Part shown: one piece after another, positions 9,421-17,500 of the stretch
How the letters are laid out: each line of letters begins with the position of its first letter
Numbering within the stretch: position 1 is the stretch's first letter
Assembly (NCBI RefSeq): GCF_042660085.1
Contig: NZ_JBHSTI010000008.1
Coordinates: forward strand, 1,110,001 to 1,142,000
Origin: Longivirga aurantiaca
GTDB taxonomy: Bacteria; Actinomycetota; Actinomycetes; S36-B12; CAIYMF01
Length of the DNA stretch: 32,000 nucleotides
Reading direction: 5' to 3'
Notes under the pieces: model-generated
What the model saw: only the letters and a program-made list of their open reading frames with translations
Database searches by the model: none
What the model was told of the DNA's origin: nothing
Made by a program: the position numbers and the translations under genes

Positions 9421-9603
9421 GAGGCGCGTAGGTGGGTGGCGGATCCGTCGCAGGGCGCACGCTGGCTACCCGGGTAACCAGCGAGGCGCGTAGGTGGGTG
9501 GCGGATCCGTCGCAGGGCGCACGCTGGCTACCGGGGTAACCAGCGAGGCTCGTGGGTGAGTGCGGAATCTGTCGCAGAGCGCACGCTGGTTACCCGGGTT
9601 GGC
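9421..9603. repeat. REP-like palindromic repeat family: head-to-tail array of 3 units (62 + 62 + ~59 bp)
   Basis: Units 9421-9482 and 9483-9544 differ at a single position by hand alignment (GAGGCGCGTAGGTGGGTGGCGGATCCGTCGCAGGGCGCACGCTGGCTACCCGGGTAACCAGC). The third unit, 9545-9603, is diverged. Each unit contains a near-palindrome CGCTGGcTACCC/GGGTAaCCAGCG. The array lies between the tandem-USP start and the stop of the 9617..10558 gene. Confidence 0.9.
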
Positions 9604-9616
9604 GGGTGCGAGGCGG

Positions 9617-10558
9617 CTACTCCGCGGCCAGGGTGCGCAGCTCGGCGATGGCCTTGCCCGCAGTCCTGAGGTAGTACCACGGCCAGTCCTGGATGCGGTC
9701 GCCGAGCGCGTCGATCTGGTGTGCGCCCTCGGCCTTGTTCTCGCTCACGTACGACGTCATCGCGAAGGTGTTGCGGGCGATGACTCCGGCGGCGTCGTCG
9801 GGGAAGCCGGGCAGCCACGAGGAGGCCGCGGCGTCAGCGAGCTCCTGTGCGACGGCCGCCGAGGAGATGTAGCCGCGCGGAGGCTTGCCGCTGACCCAGT
9901 ACTCGAGGTGCGCGATGCCGATCAGCTCGTTGAGCGGCGACGGCGCGGAGGTGTCGCGGTGCTCCCGGGCGAACGCGAACATCTGCTCGTGGCTGCCGCT
10001 CCACTTCTCGCAGATGCCCTGCAGCGCCTGCTCGTGCAGGGCGAGGAACGACTGCCCGCCCGCCGCGACACCGCGGTCGAACCGGGCCCTTACCTCCGAC
10101 GGGCCGTACTGCAGACCACGGCCGAGGAGTACGGCGGTGCACCACGACAGGGGAGCGCTCGCCCACGGGGTGAGCGCAGGCTGCAGCACCCGCTCGGCCG
10201 CCTCGAGGTAGCCGAAGAACCCCTCGAACTTGCGGGCGCCGACCGTCTCGGCCATCCCGTGGCCGCGGATCGCCCAGCCGGCCTGCACGAGCGCCTGCGC
10301 GTAGACGGTCGAGGCGAACGGGTCGTCCTGCTTCGTGTCGTACCACGCCTGGATGCGGTCGAGGTCGGCCGCGTCGTTCATCCGCGTCAGCGCCGCGTGG
10401 ATGTCGTCGAGGCTCTCGGCACGGGCGGCGATGCCCTCGAACTGCGCGATCTCGCCCGCCTTGCCCGCCGCCAGGGCCTCGGTGACCGTCGCGATCCCGA
10501 GGTCGGGGCTCTCCACGAACCTGGTGCTCGGCTTGGACGTGCGCGAGAACAGACCCAC
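9617..10558 (-). CDS. Hypothetical all-helical cytoplasmic protein, 313 aa (possibly DUF4034-like; unverified recall)
   Basis: ORF track. Strong GC3 codon bias, no signal peptide and no TM segment. The motif ICEKWSGSHEQMFAFAREH resembles the K-W-G-G-S motif I recall for DUF4034-type proteins. No catalytic motif recognised. Confidence 0.7.
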   Translation of the reverse strand: MGLFSRTSKPSTRFVESPDLGIATVTEALAAGKAGEIAQFEGIAARAESLDDIHAALTRMNDAADLDRIQAWYDTKQDDPFASTVYAQALVQAGWAIRGHGMAETVGARKFEGFFGYLEAAERVLQPALTPWASAPLSWCTAVLLGRGLQYGPSEVRARFDRGVAAGGQSFLALHEQALQGICEKWSGSHEQMFAFAREHRDTSAPSPLNELIGIAHLEYWVSGKPPRGYISSAAVAQELADAAASSWLPGFPDDAAGVIARNTFAMTSYVSENKAEGAHQIDALGDRIQDWPWYYLRTAGKAIAELRTLAAE

Positions 10559-10616
10559 GACTTCCCCCTTCGATGTGCGGCCGATCGTAGGGCGCGGGCT
10601 CCGCTCAGGCGTGGTT

Positions 10617-10738
10617 CGGCGTACGTCGGGTGTCGAGCGTGTTCCGGGGCGCGCGCTCGGCGTACCCGGGTAACGGGAAAGGGGCGTAGCTGAGTGCCGA
10701 ATCCGTCCCAGAGCGCACGCTGGTTACCCGGGTAACGG
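10617..10738. repeat. REP-like repeat family: two adjacent units
   Basis: 10617-10675: GGCGTACGTCGGGTGTCGAGCGTGTTCCGGGGCGCGCGCTCGGCGTACCCGGGTAACG. 10681-10738: GGGGCGTAGCTGAGTGCCGAATCCGTCCCAGAGCGCACGCTGGTTACCCGGGTAACGG, with the perfect 14-bp palindrome GTTACCCGGGTAAC at 10723-10736. Confidence 0.85.
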
Positions 10739-10742
10739 CCGA

Positions 10743-10830
10743 TCAGTCGGTGGGGAGCGCGGGGCGGTGCATCACGGCCCAGGTGGGCGCGACCTCGACG
10801 CGGTCGTGGTAAGCCTTCGCGTCGCCGTCG
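10743..10830 (-). pseudogene. 3'-terminal stub of a PNPOx-like gene (paralogue of 21964..22287)
   Basis: The tail of track ORF 10743..11051 (...GDGDAKAYHDRVEVAPTWAVMHRPALPTD) matches the C-terminus of the 21964..22287 protein (DGDAHVEGDRMEVTPTWAVMHRPALAGD). 34 bp are identical (10756-10789 vs 21977-22010). Upstream of ~10830 the similarity is lost, and the ORF overlaps the start of the 10997 gene. Confidence 0.5.
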
Positions 10831-10996
10831 CCGCGACCTCGACCGCGCACCTCACGGGTTCCCGCCGTCGCATCGGGGTCGCCCAGCCTGCTGGCGGCGG
10901 ACGCCCGGACCGACGCGTGGGGCACCCCGGGCAAATGCCCGATGCGGCCCCGAGCCGGCGTCCCTAGCGTCGCGGCGAGGTCGGGGAGGCTCAACG

Positions 10997-13900
10997 ATGA
11001 TGGGACGAACAGTGCGGGGCAGTCGGGCACGGGGTCGTACGGCTGGATCACCTCTTCGTCGCGGCGTGGTGGGCGCCTGCGTCCTCGCCCTCACCGCGTC
11101 GTTGCTGTCGATGACAGGGGCAGGCAGCGCGGTGGGTGCCTCCCTTCCCGCGGCCGTGGTCGCACCTCAGGCCGTGGACGCCGCTGCTGCCGTCCCGGCC
11201 AACGTGACCGTCGGGCGAGGGCACGCCTGCGCCCTCATGGCGACCGGATACGTGTGGTGCTGGGGGCGCAACGACCGCGGCCAGCTCGGCTACCCGAGCG
11301 CGACGACCCCCGGCGAGCCGCGCCCGGTGCCCGGCATCTCCACGGCGGTGCAGGTGGTCGCCGGCGATCTGCACACCTGCGCCCGGCTCACCGATGGCAC
11401 GGTGAAGTGCTGGGGGGCCAACGGTTCGGGTCAGCTCGGCAACGCCTTGACCGTCGACAGCTCGGCGCCGGTCGCAGCGATTGGGCTCTCGGGGGTCACC
11501 GATCTCACGGCTGGACGGGCGCACACGTGTGCCGTCGCGAACGGCCTCGTCTCGTGCTGGGGATCGAACGGGTTCGGCCAGCTCGGGCTCGGCAGTGTGC
11601 GCGAAGCGCGCCTCGGCCTGACCCAGTTGGCGCAGTTCTATGCGATCGGCGTCGGTTCGAACGCCACGGACGACAACGGGGACCTCGTGCTCTCCGACGC
11701 AGCGACCAACGGCACGCTCGGCAGCGGATCGGTCGTCCGGTACGGCGACGACGGCGTGATCAAGTCGTTCTGGAGCATCCCCGGAAGCACTCTCGTAGGT
11801 GGCGTCGCAACCGCCCGCGACGGGTCGCGCACCTACGTCGCCAGCGCGTTCCCGGGTCAGGCCGTGGTCTGGGTGCTGTCCGGTACGACGACGATCGAAC
11901 GCACGTGGAGCCTGGTGAGCAGCGTCCCGGGCTGCGTGACTGCGAGCTGCAGCGTCGTCGGCCTGACCACCGACGCCAACGGCACGGTCTACGCCGCGGT
12001 TCAGCGGTTCGATGGGGCCGGCGTCTCTCGAGCCTCGTTCATCGCGTCGGCGTCGAAGGAGGGACTCCCGCTCGGCGTGACCGATGTGACCGCTCAGATG
12101 ACCGTCATCTCCGACGTCACCTGGGTCCCGGGGGCGAACCGGGGGACGGTGTGGGTGCTCGGTACCAACCTGGTCAACCCGTCGCCCTTCAACCCGTCAC
12201 CCACCCTGTCGTCCTTCGCCATCCCGGCCACCGCCGGCTCGTCCCTGGTCTTCCTCAACAAGAAGTCGGCGTACGCCGCGGTGGAGAGCTGCGTGCCCTC
12301 GGAGGATTACGTGCTGGCGGATCAGACGACGCTCAGCGGCACTGCCTTCTACCGCCACCGACACACGTACCCGCTCGTCAACAGCCTCCGCCTCGGAACC
12401 GCAGCGGACGGCCAGCTGCTGCTCTCGGCCGACTACTCCCAGGGCCGGCGTCTGGAGAACACCTTCACGACCAACCCTGCGGCCCCGGTGGACATCCAGA
12501 CCAACTACACCAACGAGACGCCTGCCGAGGTCGCAGACTGCGTGATGGTCGTGGACCCCGCGGCCTCGTCAACGCAGGCAGCCAGCGTGGTCTTCACGGT
12601 CCGGGGCAGCGCGGGCGATCTCACGGATCTCCGGAAGCCGTTGGACGCAACGGAGTCCGGTGATGGCGGCATCATCGTCTCCGACCCCTCGTACGCCGCT
12701 GCCAGCCCCGCGAGGCTCCAGCGCTTCAACGCGGTGGGCTCGGTCACTCAGTGGGGCCGGGTGCCGATCCGCACGATCCCGACGCCGCTGATGCCGTTGC
12801 AGGCCCTGCAGCCCGGGCAGGCTGCACCGACCATGAGCAGCGTGTTCGCGGGTGCGCATCACACGTGCGCTTCCGGCGTCGTGAACGGCCAGCCGACCAC
12901 GCTGTGCTGGGGCAGCAGCTCCTCCGGCCAGACGGGATGGCCCGCCTCGGGCGCGTCGGCCCTGCGCTTCGGCCTCCCTCCGTCGGACACCGGCGACCAG
13001 AGCAGCTTCCCGATCGCCATGCCCGTGATCGGCGCCGGAGTGGGCAGCGGCGGTCTGGCGCACACGTGCATCGCCCAGAACGGGTCGCCTCGTCAGATGA
13101 CCTGCTGGGGCGCCAACGACAGCGGCCAGACGCGGCTCAACACGGTCGAGGGCGACATCTGGCGGAACGGCGGCACTCCCACGACCGTGCCGGTGACCGA
13201 GCTGGACTCAGGCGACCTCACCACGTGCACGATCGAGTCCACCGACCTGAAGCGCGTGCAGTGCTACGGATCGGACGCTTACGGGCAGACCTCGGTGCGT
13301 CCGGGCGCGTGCCTGAACAACCTGGACTTCGTGCAGACGGCCGGCTGCCAGCAGGTCGGTGGAGCGATGCACATCTCCGCCGGGCCTACCACGACGTGCG
13401 CTGCGACCGCCACCGGCATCGTCTGCTGGGGCGACAACGCGTGGGGGACTCTGGCGACGTATGGCTCGCCTCTGGGCGCCGTCGGCGTCCCGCTCGAGGT
13501 GCCGAGCACGTTCATCGTGAGCGCCCCCGCGACGCTCGATGGAAGCCTCGTGGCGCGGTTCGGCACCAACCTGGACGCGCTCGACGCCACGACCGACGTG
13601 GTGCTCCGCGTCAAGGGATCGGCGAGTGCCCTGGCAAGCACGAAGAGTGTGTCGGCCGACCGTCGGACAGTGAGCATCAAGCCGGCAGCGCCACTCGTCG
13701 CCGGGCAGCAGTACGAAGTCGCAGTCAACACCGGCAGCGCCACAGCGCTCACCTCCGGCGGCCTGCCGCTGACCCCGTCCGTGGTGAGTGCCAGAGCCGC
13801 GACGGCGCTGGGTGACACCAGCCCGGCCAATACGGCGGCCTGGCCAAAGGTCAGCAGCAGCACAGCCCTGGGGGGCTCGTACGTGACGGAGCGGACGGCA

Positions 13901-14515
13901 GGAGCATCCGCGAAGTTCGCGTTCACGGGCAGCTCCGTCGCCCTGCTGACGCGCAAGGGGCCGAGCCAGGGCAAGGTCGTGGTCTCGGTCGGCGCGGTAT
14001 CCAAGACGTTGGACCTGTACTCCGCCACTGCCGTCAACCGGTTCAAGGTCGCCCTCACCGGTCTCGGCGCCGGCCCCCACACGCTGACGGTCAAGGTGCT
14101 GGGCACCCGCAACACCAGGTCGACGGGCACCTCGGTGGCGATCGACGGGTTCTCGGTGGGAGCGGTCACCTCGGCCACGCCGACCTTGACTCCTTCCTGG
14201 GCAGCTGTGTCCTCCTCGACCGCTTCGGCGAAGCGATACGTCCGCTCCCAGCAGGCAGGCGCCACGTACACGGTCACGTTCCGCGGCACACGCATCAACT
14301 GGCTGACGTTCGTAGGCCCCGACTTCGGTGACGCCAAGGTCGTGATCGACGGGAAGGCGAAGGGGACGTTCGCGCTCTACGCGACGGCCACGAAGGCCCG
14401 CACGGTCGCCTTCACGGGGCTGACCGACGCGGTGCACAAGCTGACCGTCACCGTCGCGGGCACGGGCACGGGCACCAAGGACTTCGTCGCAGTCGACGGT
14501 TGGACCGTCTCATGA
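10997..14515 (+). CDS. Giant secreted RCC1-repeat protein (1172 aa): signal peptide, 3 RCC1 blades, ~410-aa NHL-like insert, ~4 RCC1 blades, Ig-like domain, two tandem ~110-aa C-terminal beta-sandwich-like domains
   Basis: GGGGAGG Shine-Dalgarno 7 nt before the ATG at 10997. The N-terminus has an RR-containing basic region plus a hydrophobic core (SPLRRGVVGACVLALTASLL). RCC1 signatures occur about 7 times: GYVWCWGRNDRGQLG, GTVKCWGANGSGQLG, LVSCWGSNGFGQLG (nt 11201-11596), then TTLCWGSSSSGQTG, QMTCWGANDSGQT, VQCYGSDAYGQT, IVCWGDNAWGTL (nt 12830-13462). The C-terminal tandem domains at 13829-14188 and 14189-14512 align by eye (W..VSSST......YV......GA...F.F.G........GP..G...V..........DLY...). 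Confidence 0.9.
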   Translation: MMGRTVRGSRARGRTAGSPLRRGVVGACVLALTASLLSMTGAGSAVGASLPAAVVAPQAVDAAAAVPANVTVGRGHACALMATGYVWCWGRNDRGQLGYPSATTPGEPRPVPGISTAVQVVAGDLHTCARLTDGTVKCWGANGSGQLGNALTVDSSAPVAAIGLSGVTDLTAGRAHTCAVANGLVSCWGSNGFGQLGLGSVREARLGLTQLAQFYAIGVGSNATDDNGDLVLSDAATNGTLGSGSVVRYGDDGVIKSFWSIPGSTLVGGVATARDGSRTYVASAFPGQAVVWVLSGTTTIERTWSLVSSVPGCVTASCSVVGLTTDANGTVYAAVQRFDGAGVSRASFIASASKEGLPLGVTDVTAQMTVISDVTWVPGANRGTVWVLGTNLVNPSPFNPSPTLSSFAIPATAGSSLVFLNKKSAYAAVESCVPSEDYVLADQTTLSGTAFYRHRHTYPLVNSLRLGTAADGQLLLSADYSQGRRLENTFTTNPAAPVDIQTNYTNETPAEVADCVMVVDPAASSTQAASVVFTVRGSAGDLTDLRKPLDATESGDGGIIVSDPSYAAASPARLQRFNAVGSVTQWGRVPIRTIPTPLMPLQALQPGQAAPTMSSVFAGAHHTCASGVVNGQPTTLCWGSSSSGQTGWPASGASALRFGLPPSDTGDQSSFPIAMPVIGAGVGSGGLAHTCIAQNGSPRQMTCWGANDSGQTRLNTVEGDIWRNGGTPTTVPVTELDSGDLTTCTIESTDLKRVQCYGSDAYGQTSVRPGACLNNLDFVQTAGCQQVGGAMHISAGPTTTCAATATGIVCWGDNAWGTLATYGSPLGAVGVPLEVPSTFIVSAPATLDGSLVARFGTNLDALDATTDVVLRVKGSASALASTKSVSADRRTVSIKPAAPLVAGQQYEVAVNTGSATALTSGGLPLTPSVVSARAATALGDTSPANTAAWPKVSSSTALGGSYVTERTAGASAKFAFTGSSVALLTRKGPSQGKVVVSVGAVSKTLDLYSATAVNRFKVALTGLGAGPHTLTVKVLGTRNTRSTGTSVAIDGFSVGAVTSATPTLTPSWAAVSSSTASAKRYVRSQQAGATYTVTFRGTRINWLTFVGPDFGDAKVVIDGKAKGTFALYATATKARTVAFTGLTDAVHKLTVTVAGTGTGTKDFVAVDGWTVS

Positions 14516-17500
14516 GCACCGCAACCCGTGTCCGCCTCACCTCGAAGGGCTCCATGCCGATGTCTCGCTTCACCGCCCTCCTCTGCGTGGGTGTGATGCT
14601 GTCCCTCGGGCTGGGTGCGGCGTCCTCCTACTCCTCTGGCGCCGAGGCGGCGACCGCAACGGCGACCGCGGCGGTTGTCCCAGCGGCGGCACCGGCGCCG
14701 GGCAGCGAGTGCCTCGATGACGTGACCGGCGAGTCCGAGCCGTGCGACTTCGGGATGGAGCCGGTGCGCTTCCCGTCCGGTCGCACGATCGGCGAGTACG
14801 AGAGCGCGGTGCTGACCCGCAGCGCGGCCAACCGCGCCTCGACCGTGTCGATGAACGACTTCACCACCGGGGTCCTGCTCGGCTCCTGCGTCCCTGACGT
14901 CGCATCGTGCGGCCTGGACAACCGCGTCCGAGTCGGCGACGACGGCCCGTTGTACACGGACGCGACCCCGGTCCTCCCGTCGTCGGCGTCGACCACCGTC
15001 GGTGACACCGCCGTGGCGAAGGCCGACTTCAATGGCGACGGCCGCGAGGACGTCGTCACTGCGGCGCTGTGCCCCGTGCTGGGAGGCGGCACGCCGAGCG
15101 AGATCTGCCTTCGGGCGTACGACCCTGACACGGACTCGTGGTCGTCGTGGAGCCCGACGGGTCTGGTGGCGGACTCGGTGAAGGCCGTGGGACGCATCAA
15201 GCTCGCTGCCGGACGGATCGCGCAGACGACGGCGAAGGTGACGGGAGCGTCCTTCACCACGTCGGCTGACGGCTCGAACCTCCTCATGCGCCTCACGACG
15301 GACATCCCCCACCGCCTCACCACGAGCGATGCGCTGCGGTTCGACGCGGCCGGCGTGGCCGAGCTTGCTTCCGCGCTGTGCCTTCCGGCCGATGACGACG
15401 GCACCGAGCCGTTGTGCGCGGGAGATCTCGCCGAGGGGCTGTGGCCGATCGAGTCGATCGCGACCGATCGCCTCTCCTTCGTCGTGGCACTGGGGACGCT
15501 TCAGGACGCGAGCGCCACGGCGACCTGCCCTCCGGAGGGCTTCCGCTGCCTCGCGGACGGCACCCGTGAGCCCTTGGACTGGAGCAGCGACACCGGGTTC
15601 GGCGTCACGGGGACCAACCAGGGCCTCGCCGTGGCCTGGGTCGCGCCTTCGGCCTCGGTGCAGCTCGCGACGTTCATCGTCCGACTGGGCACGACGGCGC
15701 CGTTCTCTCTCAGCGACGTCCACTCCGTCGGTGTGAGCACAGGTGCCCGACAGCCGCTCGACGTCGTGACGGGGGACTTCAACGGGGGAGCCCCCGACGA
15801 GATCGCAGTCGGCTTCGGCAGCACCTGCACCGGCCTTGCCTGCCTGCGCGTGCGCATCTTCCGCTGGAACGACTCCAAGCAGCTGGTCCCTGTCGGAGCG
15901 GCCAACGCACCCGCGGATGCTCCGAAGATGTCCGGAAACGCGAATCTGACCGTGTCGTCCGTCTCCCTCGCGTCCGGGCGGCTCACCAAGGCTGCCGGGA
16001 CCAACCTCGACGGCGACGACCTGCTCGTCGCCGTCCAGAGCACCAGCGGAACGATCGGGTGCCCGGTGCTGCAGGCGTGCATGGCCAGGTACGCCATCAC
16101 GTACGACGTCGCAGGGGACTTCGTCCCGAAGGCAGCTGCAACCACGCTGATCGAGACGGGCAGCGAGGGTCTGGTCGCTTCCCGGTACTCGTTCGTGGCC
16201 GCCGCCGCCGACTTCGACGGTGACGGCATGGACGACCCGGTCATCGGGAGGACCACGACCCAGCTCCTCGGCACTACCGAGAGCCGGGCCGCCTTCACGG
16301 TGATCACGACCCTGTCGTCGACAGGCACCCGCCTGACGTTCAACGGGGACGACGACATGCGCGCTGTCGGTGTCGGCGGCTCAGGACAGCTGGCGCTCGC
16401 AGCCGGGCAGGTCGGGTCTCTCGAGGACGCGAGCAGCCAAGGCTTCCCGAACGCGATCAACCCCGACATCGTCCTCGCGTGGACCTGCGTAGACACGGCC
16501 TCGTGCGGAGCTTCGGCGAGCGGCTCCAGCGTCGCCATCCTGCCGATCGCCGTGAAGATCCAGGCGACGCCTGAGTTCTTCCCCAAGGGCAAGGACAAGC
16601 TCAGCCCGAGCGACGACGGCGGCATCCCGAGCGTCCTGCCCGCGGCGCCGCTCCCTGCGACGTACAACGCGATCACGAGCGAGGCGACGCACGTGGCGCT
16701 CGCCCTGCCCGACCTGGATGCGGACAGCCAGACGCTGGGGACGCCTGTCACCTACGTGACCGTCGGCGAGGTCCGGCCCCTCATGATCCTGCGCTCGCCG
16801 CCCGTCCACTTCGACGCGTTCCCGGCGCTCATCACGAACGACGGCAAGGTCTCCTTCACCGAGACCCGAGACACCAACGGGTGCTTCGGCGCGAAGACTC
16901 CGTCCGACTGCGACGTCGCCACCGTGTACTCGTCGACGTCGACGCTCACCAGCTCGATCGCAGGAAGCATCAACAACTCGTGGGGCATCGGGGGATCGGT
17001 CGGCTTCAACACATGGTTCGGCGATACCAAGGAGACGAAGGCCGGCGTCACGAAGTGCCAGACCGGTGTCTGCGCCGAGCTGACCGTCCTGCTGGAGACC
17101 GAGTACAACGGGGAGCAGGCCGACACCACCAAGGCCGGCACCAACTTCACGTACTCGTTCAGCAAGACCGCTCTCGCCGGCTCCGACGAGGTTCTCGCCT
17201 TCACCGCAGCGACCGAGACGACCGAGTACCCGATCTACCCCGGCACGTCCGTCTTCGGTGGCGAGCTCGAGCCGGGGCGGTACGTCCGCGTCGACAGCCC
17301 CGTCCAGTCGACGCTGGCATGGCGCAGCGCGACCGACCCGGAGATCACCTCGAGCGGCTGGCAGCACTCGGTGCCGGGCAACATCCTCTCCTACCCCAAG
17401 TCCGCGAACACGCTCCCGACCGACACGAAGGCGGTCAAGGAGGCGGAGAAGATCGGCCCGCAGACCGTGCGGATCACCACGACCGGCGATCACGGATACA

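Noticed and set aside
9421-9603. Tandem 62-bp repeats as a possible CRISPR array
   Set aside because: The units abut directly with no unique spacers. The unit is far longer than a CRISPR repeat, copies of the same family are dispersed singly elsewhere, and no cas genes are present.
10743-11051. 102-aa minus-strand ORF as an intact gene
   Set aside because: Only its last ~30 codons resemble the PNPOx-like family. The remainder has no similarity to the intact paralogue and overlaps the Shine-Dalgarno and start of the 10997 gene. It is treated as a 3' stub.
14377-17493. Minus-strand ORFs inside the giant genes (14377..15723, 15501..16751, 16381..17493 and others)
   Set aside because: They are antisense shadows of the 1571-aa gene, with Arg/Ala/Gly-rich translations and no start context.
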